Assembly: GCA_964426185.1 (NCBI GenBank)
Contig: CAYRPF010000044.1
Span: 12,473-22,445 of the forward strand
Direction: 5' to 3'
Length of the DNA: 9,973 nt
From: an uncultured archaeon
Lineage (GTDB): Archaea > Asgardarchaeota > Lokiarchaeia > Sigyniarchaeales > Promethearchaeaceae
Under the pieces are notes generated by a model that saw nothing but the letters and a program-made list of their open reading frames with translations, had not been told where the DNA came from and made no database searches. Shown here piece by piece: positions 1 through 8,076 of this stretch. Position numbers and translations under genes: made by a program. The number at the start of each line of letters is the position of its first letter. The first letter of the stretch is position 1.

Positions 1-18
1 ATTTTTGTCTTCCAACAT
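1..18 (-). CDS. Possible 5' end of a divergent gene (MLEDKN...) running off the window
   Basis: ATG at 18-16 on the minus strand, preceded by GGTGA (25-21), an archaeal SD-like motif, and open to the window edge. Only 6 codons are visible. Confidence 0.3.
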
Positions 19-93
19 ATTCACCGAATAATAACCAGTTATTCACCCATTAACATTCGGATTTTTCTACTCCTATATTGTAAAAAAATTTAG

Positions 94-121
94 GTTGTTA
101 TTACATTTACATATTAACAAC
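94..121. promoter_or_regulatory. Inverted repeat, candidate operator upstream of the HAD-like gene
   Basis: GTTGTTATTA-N8-TATTAACAAC: arms match 9/10 and the outer 7 bp are perfect. It ends 8 nt before the ATG at 130. Confidence 0.35.
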
Positions 122-129
122 AAATCATA

Positions 130-783
130 ATGAGTTTCATCATGCCATCAAAAAATGGTTTTATCGTAAGTATAGATAATATTTTATTAAACAATTATTG
201 GAGGAAATTTTATACATATATAGAATTGGGATGGGACGAATCTTCTATTCATGATTACTTATCAAGAAAAGAAAATATTATTCAAGTAGCTAGCTTCAAC
301 ACCCGTTCGGTTTCTTTTTCGGCTAGTTCTCGGCGAAATCGCTTCTATGAAGTTTACAATCGAGAAAATATGTTGGATCAAGATGTACCATGGGAAGGTG
401 CGGTAGAAGGAATAAATACCTTAGTAAATTCTTCTTATCAAATCTTTGTCATTTCTTCCCGCCCAAACACATTAGAACAAAAAACCCAGGAAGTTTTAGC
501 AAGATTAGGATTTCCAATAGAATATATGAAATTGTTTTTTAAGAAGCCTACTGACAAATTATATCTGTATAGAAAAAAGACTATGGAAAAAATTGGGGAG
601 ATCTGCCCGAAAGGAGTTGGTATTTGTCTAAATCCTAGTGATCGAATGATTTTTGATAGATTCGGATATTATCCAATTGCTTTTACTTCTCAAAAAAAAC
701 CAGATGATTTCAAACCTTCATTCAATACTATTTGCAATTCATGGCCTGAAATAATTCAATCTCTAAATATTGAAAAGAATTAA
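130..783 (+). CDS. HAD-superfamily fold protein with degenerate catalytic motifs (phosphatase-like)
   Basis: HAD motifs appear in order: FIVSIDNILL (motif I-like), a post-cap DVPWEGAVEGINTL segment, IFVISSR (motif II), a Lys/Arg cluster YRKK (motif III region) and GICLNPSD (motif IV-like). The start could instead be the ATG at 142. Confidence 0.65.
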   Translation: MSFIMPSKNGFIVSIDNILLNNYWRKFYTYIELGWDESSIHDYLSRKENIIQVASFNTRSVSFSASSRRNRFYEVYNRENMLDQDVPWEGAVEGINTLVNSSYQIFVISSRPNTLEQKTQEVLARLGFPIEYMKLFFKKPTDKLYLYRKKTMEKIGEICPKGVGICLNPSDRMIFDRFGYYPIAFTSQKKPDDFKPSFNTICNSWPEIIQSLNIEKN

Positions 784-810
784 TTTATTTTGTATTATTT
801 TTTTATTATT
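784..810 (+). terminator. Oligo-T tract, candidate archaeal intrinsic terminator
   Basis: T-rich run including T8 immediately after the TAA of 130..783. Confidence 0.4.
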
Positions 811-842
811 CAGTTAAAAAAGTTAGCTTATTAGCCAAAAGG

Positions 843-1439
843 ATGAACAGCATCATGCATCACCTATCAAAAAAAGAACGGTTAGAAAAACTAGCAAAAC
901 TTAAACGGCAAGAAGAAGAAAAACAAAAGAAAATTGAATCCGCAGATGGAATATTAGATCAAGCAAAAAAATTTGCGACGCAGAAAAAATTTGTCGAAGC
1001 TGCGGAAAAATATCAAGAAGCAGCAGTTCAGTTCAGGGAACTTCAATGGAATGACCAAGCGGATTTATTGGAGAAGGAAGCTGCAAATATGAAACAAAAA
1101 ATTCAAGAATATCAAGATATTGCAGAGAGATTAGAAACACAAAGACAACAAGAATTTCAACAGTTTGAACAAAGGGCAGCCCAAATAATTGCAAAAAAGA
1201 AAGAAAACCGCAGAGAATATAAAGAAGCAAAACAAAAACTCACACCAGCAATGCTCAGAAAGAAAGAGGAAGCAGAATTTTTGCTAGAGAAGGCAGAAAA
1301 ACAAGAAAAGCTAGAAAAATGGAATCAAGCTCTGAAACGATATCAATACATAATTGAACTGTATCAAAAACTTCAATATCCTCCTGCTAAGCTTAAAAAA
1401 ATTGAAGAAAAAATAAAATCAATTAAAACACATCTTTAA
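843..1439 (+). CDS. All-helical coiled-coil protein with two MIT/TPR-like helical repeats
   Basis: aa34-69 (ADGILDQAKKFATQKKFVEAAEKYQEAAVQFRELQW) aligns without gaps to aa144-179 (AEFLLEKAEKQEKLEKWNQALKRYQYIIELYQKLQY). The linkers are rich in E/K/Q. Confidence 0.7.
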   Translation: MNSIMHHLSKKERLEKLAKLKRQEEEKQKKIESADGILDQAKKFATQKKFVEAAEKYQEAAVQFRELQWNDQADLLEKEAANMKQKIQEYQDIAERLETQRQQEFQQFEQRAAQIIAKKKENRREYKEAKQKLTPAMLRKKEEAEFLLEKAEKQEKLEKWNQALKRYQYIIELYQKLQYPPAKLKKIEEKIKSIKTHL

Positions 1440-3425
1440 TTAATGTTCAACTTGGTTTGGATCGAATAATTCGTTATTCGGAATGGTATATTTATTGTGA
1501 CAAACTGGACAAGAGTTATATTTTTCGATCCACCAAACTGCACAAGTATAATGACTTAATGATCCACAAAATTCACATTTAATATAATTATCTTCAGCGA
1601 CATTAACTAATTGGTGACAAATCACACATTTTTTTGATTCTAATCCATGATCTTTCAGAATATCTTCAAGTCGTGAAGATAATTTCTCTCGTTTTAGGAG
1701 ATATTGGTTTTTTATGGTATCTATTTTCTGTAATTTCTGATCAATTTTTTCAATTTGTTTCCTAAGATCTGCTTCAGACATACGATCTGGTTGAAGAATT
1801 TCCAAAGATTTAAGGATTAATGCTGAGTCTGGGGAATTGTAACCAGATAAGGTCTCAAAAAACTCTTGCTCTGATTGAAGGACAGATTTATATTTGCTGA
1901 ATAATGAGGTTAAAGTATTCCGAATGGTGAAACTAGCTTGATTGGTGATGCTTTCAAATTTCTTCATCCATGTTTCCATTAAAGGTAGCACGTTAAAGCC
2001 CTTTTTCTGATATTCGATAAAAACAGAATTCATACTTTCTTGAAGATTTAAAAAATTTTCTTTGTATTGGTTGATTTGTTGAATTAATTGAGAGAAATCA
2101 GGAAAATTGGATTCAATTACTGGAATTGTCTGAAGTTGATAATTACGGAGTAAAGATTCTAATTCAAGATTTGCTTGTTCGATTTTTTTTTCTAATTCAA
2201 GCTGATCTTTATTTTGTTTGATTGATTGAGCATAATTATCGAAATCTTCAATAAATTGGGCAATATCACCCCTAATCTGGCCTACAATCGATAATATCGC
2301 TTTGATTGCATTATTTGAACGATAAATATATGCTTTATTTTCGGATACCCACTCTTCAACTTGATTTAAAATTTCAAAAAGAGTATTACTAAAATTTTGC
2401 AAGGATTTATTGGTTTCACTCAAATCTCCTTGAAATTCTTTCAAAAATAGATCTTGTTGATTTTGCAAGAAAGCTGGAATATGATGTTGAATTATTTTTA
2501 ATTTTTTGTCTTGAAATTGTTGAATATCAGCATTAAGTTTTTTTTGTATAATCAAATCAACAAATAGACAACCAAGAATTTCAGAAATTCTTTCTTCTTG
2601 AAGTTTTTGAATTTTTTTCGCATCTTTTGAAGATAATTTATCTTTTTTTTCTTGGATCTGTAAAATTTGCTGCTGAAACAAGAAATACAATAATTCTTGA
2701 TAAAGAGGATTGTATTGAAACATGGTTAAAGATGAAGAACCAAATGAATGGAAAAAATTGTCCCACTTTATGTTTTTCTCTTCTTTTTTTTTCTTATTTG
2801 ATGATATCCAATTATTTATGAGGGCAAACTCTTGAAAAATGAGATAATCTGGTGGAAATTTACTTGAAAATGAAATATCTGGGTTTGAGATAGTTAAAAA
2901 TTCGGCCCAAAGGGATGGGGTCTGATTATAAACAGGAAATTGAATTTTAGATTTAAAAATTTGGATAAAGTTCTCGGTAGAATAATCTTCTTGTAAATCC
3001 CACTCCCATTTGTCCTGAATGGTTTTCTCCAAAGAATCAGATAATGCACGTAATTTTTCAAGATTTTGTAAATGTTGTTCAAAAATATTTGATTTTGGAA
3101 ACTTAATTTTGACAGATTTCATTATTCGGAAAATATTCGAGAACGCAGCTTTAAATCGCTTCAATTCGATAGTTATTCCCAAAGATATATGTAAATAAAT
3201 ACTGGGAGATTTTGCTAAAGTTTGAATTAATTTTTGATAAGAATTTAGAAATTTGGAATACTTTTGCCAAGGACGATTTGGAATACTTTTGCCAATTTTC
3301 TTAATTTCAGCAAGACTGGATACTACATCTCCTTCTTTATCAATCAGAGAATGAATTTTAGATTCTATCTCTTTTAAGTTGTAATATGAATTATTTAAGA
3401 TATTTAGCGATTCAAGTTCTTTCAT
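1440..3425 (-). CDS. Long helical/coiled-coil protein with a C-terminal C4HC3 RING-like zinc finger (putative E3 ligase)
   Basis: aa600-642 (nt 1628-1500) read C-x2-C-x13-C-x2-C-x4-H-x2-C-x10-C-P-x-C, with Trp four residues after ligand 6. The preceding region is Q/E/K/L-rich with heptad-like periodicity. Confidence 0.75.
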   Translation of the reverse strand: MKELESLNILNNSYYNLKEIESKIHSLIDKEGDVVSSLAEIKKIGKSIPNRPWQKYSKFLNSYQKLIQTLAKSPSIYLHISLGITIELKRFKAAFSNIFRIMKSVKIKFPKSNIFEQHLQNLEKLRALSDSLEKTIQDKWEWDLQEDYSTENFIQIFKSKIQFPVYNQTPSLWAEFLTISNPDISFSSKFPPDYLIFQEFALINNWISSNKKKKEEKNIKWDNFFHSFGSSSLTMFQYNPLYQELLYFLFQQQILQIQEKKDKLSSKDAKKIQKLQEERISEILGCLFVDLIIQKKLNADIQQFQDKKLKIIQHHIPAFLQNQQDLFLKEFQGDLSETNKSLQNFSNTLFEILNQVEEWVSENKAYIYRSNNAIKAILSIVGQIRGDIAQFIEDFDNYAQSIKQNKDQLELEKKIEQANLELESLLRNYQLQTIPVIESNFPDFSQLIQQINQYKENFLNLQESMNSVFIEYQKKGFNVLPLMETWMKKFESITNQASFTIRNTLTSLFSKYKSVLQSEQEFFETLSGYNSPDSALILKSLEILQPDRMSEADLRKQIEKIDQKLQKIDTIKNQYLLKREKLSSRLEDILKDHGLESKKCVICHQLVNVAEDNYIKCEFCGSLSHYTCAVWWIEKYNSCPVCHNKYTIPNNELFDPNQVEH

Positions 3426-3518
3426 ATCTGCTCGTAATGTTGCAAATGCACCATCTTAAAAGAATTTTAATGTAACCTAAAATTAGAAATACAAAAATTC
3501 TCATACTAAAAATATTTC

Positions 3519-3526
3519 TTTATATA
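3519..3526. promoter_or_regulatory. TATA-box-like element in the divergent intergenic region
   Basis: TTTATATA (TATATAAA on the minus strand) lies between the divergent RING and EamA genes. It is too close to the GTG at 3527 to serve that start, so it more plausibly serves the minus-strand gene. Confidence 0.3.
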
Positions 3527-4510
3527 GTGGAGAGCCAAATCACAAATACTTCAGAATCAGAAAAATCGAAATATAACTCGTCCAGCCTAAAGGGTATTAT
3601 TTATGCTTCAATTGTGCTGATAGGCAACGGAATCCATCCTATAATTAATAATTCACGCCCTGAAAACTTGGATCCATTTATTTTTGTTTTAATGGTGACT
3701 ATTTGGGAATTTCTAATTGTTATCCCATTTGTTATTATAGAAAAAAAGAAAGAAGGAGCGGCGGGATTATTTAAATATTCTAACCAATCTAACCCAAATA
3801 AAAAAATATTCTTAATAAAATTGATTATAATAGGGACACTCTTTACAGTAGCGGGATATTTTTATATAGAAGGAATGAAGCAGGCAGGTTCTATCCCTAG
3901 TTCTATTGCTTTAAAATCTTCTCCACTATATGCGTTGATTATTGGTGGATTATTCACTCATGAGAAGATATCTTTAAAACAAATCTTAATCACAATAATT
4001 ATGCTTACGGGATTATATTATTTAGGAACAAAAGGAACTTGGGAAATAGGACAATTTTCGGTGTGGTTTGGGATTTTACTATTAGTTCCGTTGCTATGGA
4101 TAATCAGCCATTCGATTACAAAACCACTTTTAGAAAACAGATTGGTAACTCCTTTAAAAATAATTCAAATTCGTACTGGAATAATGATATCGATTTATCT
4201 TATTATTTCTTTTATTATTTTTTCTCCTGTAACAATAATTTCAGCCATTTCTGATAGTTCGATGATAATTTTCAGTTTTTTTATGGGAATAACCTATTTT
4301 TTTATGCATTTTTCTTGGTATAATTCGATAAAGAACATTTCCATTTCATATGCGAGCGCATTAGTTACTCCCTCACCAATCATTACAGCAGTGCTGGCTT
4401 CGCTCCTTCTGGGGGAGCCTTTTGAGCAATATCACTTAATTGGATTGATTATTAGCTTAGTATGCTTGTATGGATTAATTATTACGAATAAATCAAATAA
4501 TAAAAAATGA
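3527..4510 (+). CDS. EamA/DMT superfamily transporter
   Basis: About 10 hydrophobic segments in two repeats, each with a DMT signature: YIEGMKQAGSIPSSIALKSSPLYALIIGGLFTHEKIS and WYNSIKNISISYASALVTPSPIITAVLASLLLGEPF. The GTG start is uncertain. Confidence 0.9.
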   Translation: MESQITNTSESEKSKYNSSSLKGIIYASIVLIGNGIHPIINNSRPENLDPFIFVLMVTIWEFLIVIPFVIIEKKKEGAAGLFKYSNQSNPNKKIFLIKLIIIGTLFTVAGYFYIEGMKQAGSIPSSIALKSSPLYALIIGGLFTHEKISLKQILITIIMLTGLYYLGTKGTWEIGQFSVWFGILLLVPLLWIISHSITKPLLENRLVTPLKIIQIRTGIMISIYLIISFIIFSPVTIISAISDSSMIIFSFFMGITYFFMHFSWYNSIKNISISYASALVTPSPIITAVLASLLLGEPFEQYHLIGLIISLVCLYGLIITNKSNNKK

Positions 4511-4538
4511 AAACCATTGAAAATAAATTATTTCACTC

Positions 4539-7500
4539 CTACATTTTCTTCTTATTTAGATATCCTTCCATTTTTTTATTTCTTTGTTGTTCCACTAAAT
4601 AAACTATAAGCAGAACAATCATGAATATTATGCCATAAGAAGTTAAAATGGTGCCAAAATTTCCATAAATAGGAAAAAGGGCTTGTCTTATGATATGACT
4701 GTTTGTGGTTTGGATTAAAACTTGCAAATTAACAAAACAAATAAACCATGAATAGAAATATCCAATAATTAATCCTAAAATCCCTGAAAGAAGAAAAACA
4801 ATCAACAATTCTAAAATGATTATGAATAATATTTTATTTCGTCCAACTCCACGAAACAATAATAATTCTGTAAAAGATTCATTTTCACGATTCATGATAA
4901 TGATTGTTAACGATAATTCTATTGAAAGTAAAATTCCAATAATAACAAAATCCAAATTGATCAGTCCATAAAACCCACTTGAACCAATAACCAGAGAATA
5001 TCGCGCGACATCTATATCGTTCCAATGGGGATCAAAGGTTTGCAAATGTATATCATCGTAAAATGAACTGCCTAATGCTCGTAAATCACGGGATAATTGG
5101 TCTCCAGATATATCAAAGTCGGGTTTAAAATCTAGTAATTCAATTACATTCGTAGCAAACCATTGAGAATTGGAGATGTTGAGAGCTGCATTATCAATAA
5201 TCAGAGCACTTAATCCATATTTATCTGTTTGATACAAACCTGGAGCATAATCTAATACTTGAACAATTTCTAGAGTGTAACTCTGGTTGTAATATTCTGA
5301 TTTAATCGAATCAAAAACTTGAACATTTAAATCTAGGGAATCACCAATTTCTAATCCAGAAAGTGAAAGCAATTGTGAGGTAACTATTGTTTTTATTATA
5401 GAGTTGTTTGTTTCTGATTCGCTTCTTATTTTTTTTATCTGTTTGGGGTAAGAAGGATAGATATAAGGTCGGTCATCGGTTGAAATTAATGAAAGATATT
5501 CAGATGGGGAAATTGAATACATATTGATGGGGAAATTTGATAATTGATTGAGTTCTAATAATTCTGAAGTAACCCAAGAAGTATTAGATTGATAAATTGT
5601 GGTATAATCTTGAATTAGACTGGAATACTCTTGTTCAATAAAGTCAAAAAGATTTTGCTCAAAGGAGCGGAAATTTGTTTGGTTTGTAAAATCTGAATCT
5701 ACAAAATTAATATTGAAATCCGACCCTGCTAAAAATTGATCATTAAAAATCTCGTATCTATACTGAGAATTAAAGGTAAAATTTGTTATTGTAAGCATTG
5801 CGCAGAAAATAGACAAATAAATAGTGACTCGTGCCCATTTTTTCTTTCTTATAATTTCTAAACTGACGATATGATCAAGTTTTTTTAGAAAAAGATGAGC
5901 TATTTTTTTAGCAATTTTGGCATACCGAGAGGGTCGTTCTATGAGAATTAGTCGAATTACTCCAGTAACGAAAAACCCAATGAAAAATAATGAAAAGAAA
6001 TGGATATAATAGATGTTTTCAATCAAACGATCTCGCATATCGATAACAAAATCTGAAGCTTCAAACCGTAAGGATAAAAATAGAAAGAGATATAATACGA
6101 AAGGAATAATCCCTAAAAATAGTAGAAATAACGTGATTTTTTTAATTGAATATTTTTCCATATCAAAAAGACTTTCATATGGAAATTTTTTCTTTCTTTT
6201 TATTACATCTTTGATTTTTCTTATTCTTTCCTTTTTATCTATACTTTTATTTTCTTCACTGAATTCATCGTTCTTACTTTGTTCATCACTTTTCTCAAAA
6301 ATTTTTTGATAGTTATTATTATTTGAAGAAGTTTCATTCTGATTTTTATCCGATTTTGCTTTTTCACTCTTAATATAGGCTTTAATATATTGGTCAATCA
6401 AATCTTCATCCACATATCTTTTACGTTTTTCACCATCGAAAAGAACTTTCTCATCATATTGCAAGGAAAGTTCTTCCACTTGCTGTATAGCACTAGAAAC
6501 ATCAACATATTCAATTCTTCCAACAGCGATAATTTTTGGGATTAAGCTTATCGCATTGATCCCTATTCCAAGAAACAAGGTGAACCAAAAATTATTCCAA
6601 GTAAATATAGGAGAAAGAAAAATATCAGAAGTGTTGAGAAATAAATCACCTAATAATCTATGATACATATAAAAAGTACCATATCCCATACCAGAACCAA
6701 GAAGAGTGCAGATCACCCCATTTATTACACCACCTAGAAAAATCTGCATTTGAATTTGCCGAACTGAAACCCCCCTTAATTTTAAGAGGATCAATTCTTC
6801 ATTCGCTTTTTTACCTCTTGAATCATTAATATTGCGACTGACTAGTAATGAAAAAACAATAACAGGGAGTGAAAGAATTTGAATTGTAAGAAAAGAAGTC
6901 CGGATTTTTCCTTGAGTAATAACTAACTGATATGAAAGTTTATCAATTAAACTAATTTCAAATGGAAGGAAAATCGATAAATTCCTACTTTTTTGTTTAA
7001 TCGAATTCCGATAGAAGTTAAGATTTTCAAATTGGATATTTCCTCGATTATAAAATAAAAGATAGCCGGATTTTATAATCCCATTATTTAAATATTCCCT
7101 GTAGTGGTTAATTTGATCAATTTTATTAAACCACTTCTGAATAGGGTGATTAGTTAGATTATTAAAATCTCCAAACCAAAATACCAAATTTTGTTCCAGT
7201 TCTAACGGTTGTATGTAGGTTTTGTTAAGTAGATAATCATTATAGGTATAGGAATAAGTATATCTCTGATCTGCAATCCGAAACCACTCTTGTTCGCATA
7301 AATAAGTCCCGACTATGGTTATGTTTTCTATTTTTTCATTAAGTAGGTCGCTAACGGGGGGATTCGAATCAAAAACATTTCCAATCGCTATCGTTACATT
7401 TGAAGTTTTATTAATATGATAATTATATTTTTGGGCAAAATTATAATCAACTAAAATCTCAGAGTTATTTTTAGGTGTTCTACCTTCAATGATGTGAAAA

Positions 7501-8003
7501 TAAGACTTAAATCTCTGTGATGAATAAAAAATGGAGTCGAATATACCGAATCGAACTCTTGTTGCATTTAATTTTTGATAGTAGTCATTCTCACTAGTAC
7601 AATTCGCTGTAAAAACAGAGGAAAATGCATTAATAGTCACAAATGCCATATCTAACCCAAATATTGCATAAGGGGCATATGATTCTAAGTCGAGATTTGT
7701 AGTCTCCAAGGTTTTTCGTACATCATGGTCTGATTTTTGAAAATATTCGTTAAATCTGATGTGGGGAATTATTGAGCCGTTATCATAATATAAATCTTGA
7801 TGAACTAAGTCAATATCAGAAAATAACCAGAAAGAATTCGCAAACTCGTATTTTTGTGAAGCATTAAAAAAGTAATTAAGCCCCGAAATTAATGAGAGAG
7901 AGATACTGAAACAAAGAATAATGGTCCATTCGTTTTTCATACGTTTTGGAGTTTTTAGAAGATAAAATTTAAAGAATTTAAACGAAGTTTTTTTGTGTTC
8001 CAT
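4539..8003 (-). CDS. ABC transporter permease, FtsX/MacB-like, with two fused repeats
   Basis: Topology is (1 TM, large extracellular domain, about 3 TM) twice. The coupling-helix motifs are ELILLKLRGVSVRQI and FTELLLFRGVGRNKI, and there is a MacB-type IIEGRTP...EILVD...A segment. Confidence 0.88.
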   Translation of the reverse strand: MEHKKTSFKFFKFYLLKTPKRMKNEWTIILCFSISLSLISGLNYFFNASQKYEFANSFWLFSDIDLVHQDLYYDNGSIIPHIRFNEYFQKSDHDVRKTLETTNLDLESYAPYAIFGLDMAFVTINAFSSVFTANCTSENDYYQKLNATRVRFGIFDSIFYSSQRFKSYFHIIEGRTPKNNSEILVDYNFAQKYNYHINKTSNVTIAIGNVFDSNPPVSDLLNEKIENITIVGTYLCEQEWFRIADQRYTYSYTYNDYLLNKTYIQPLELEQNLVFWFGDFNNLTNHPIQKWFNKIDQINHYREYLNNGIIKSGYLLFYNRGNIQFENLNFYRNSIKQKSRNLSIFLPFEISLIDKLSYQLVITQGKIRTSFLTIQILSLPVIVFSLLVSRNINDSRGKKANEELILLKLRGVSVRQIQMQIFLGGVINGVICTLLGSGMGYGTFYMYHRLLGDLFLNTSDIFLSPIFTWNNFWFTLFLGIGINAISLIPKIIAVGRIEYVDVSSAIQQVEELSLQYDEKVLFDGEKRKRYVDEDLIDQYIKAYIKSEKAKSDKNQNETSSNNNNYQKIFEKSDEQSKNDEFSEENKSIDKKERIRKIKDVIKRKKKFPYESLFDMEKYSIKKITLFLLFLGIIPFVLYLFLFLSLRFEASDFVIDMRDRLIENIYYIHFFSLFFIGFFVTGVIRLILIERPSRYAKIAKKIAHLFLKKLDHIVSLEIIRKKKWARVTIYLSIFCAMLTITNFTFNSQYRYEIFNDQFLAGSDFNINFVDSDFTNQTNFRSFEQNLFDFIEQEYSSLIQDYTTIYQSNTSWVTSELLELNQLSNFPINMYSISPSEYLSLISTDDRPYIYPSYPKQIKKIRSESETNNSIIKTIVTSQLLSLSGLEIGDSLDLNVQVFDSIKSEYYNQSYTLEIVQVLDYAPGLYQTDKYGLSALIIDNAALNISNSQWFATNVIELLDFKPDFDISGDQLSRDLRALGSSFYDDIHLQTFDPHWNDIDVARYSLVIGSSGFYGLINLDFVIIGILLSIELSLTIIIMNRENESFTELLLFRGVGRNKILFIIILELLIVFLLSGILGLIIGYFYSWFICFVNLQVLIQTTNSHIIRQALFPIYGNFGTILTSYGIIFMIVLLIVYLVEQQRNKKMEGYLNKKKM

Positions 8004-8019
8004 TTATAAATTTTTAAAG

Positions 8020-8064
8020 TTCAAATTGATATTTGAATCTTAAGCAAATTCTTATAAGTTGTTC
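8020..8064 (-). promoter_or_regulatory. Candidate promoter (BRE-like element plus TTATAA) with a palindrome over the expected start site
   Basis: On the minus strand, GAACAAC is followed by TTATAA (8057-8052). The perfect inverted repeat TTCAAAT-N4-ATTTGAA at 8020-8037 lies between this box and the ATG at 8003. Confidence 0.4.
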
Positions 8065-8076
8065 ACATTTAATAGG

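Noticed and set aside
1033-1230. 65-aa hydrophobic minus-strand ORF
   Set aside because: Antisense shadow of the K/E/Q-rich gene 843..1439; the hydrophobicity follows from reverse-complemented A-rich codons.
2627-3082. Short ORFs 2627..2821 (+) and 2894..3082 (-)
   Set aside because: Both are nested in the 661-aa gene and show no motifs or independent expression signals.
4039-4254. 71-aa alternative-frame ORF
   Set aside because: Out of frame within the intact EamA gene.
4518-4535. Imperfect inverted repeat TGAAAATAAATTATTTCA between convergent genes
   Set aside because: Almost all A/T and bulged, so too weak to call a terminator.
6013-6309. 98-aa plus-strand ORF with an apparent TM segment
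   Set aside because: Antisense to the Lys/Glu-rich linker of the permease; a compositional artefact.
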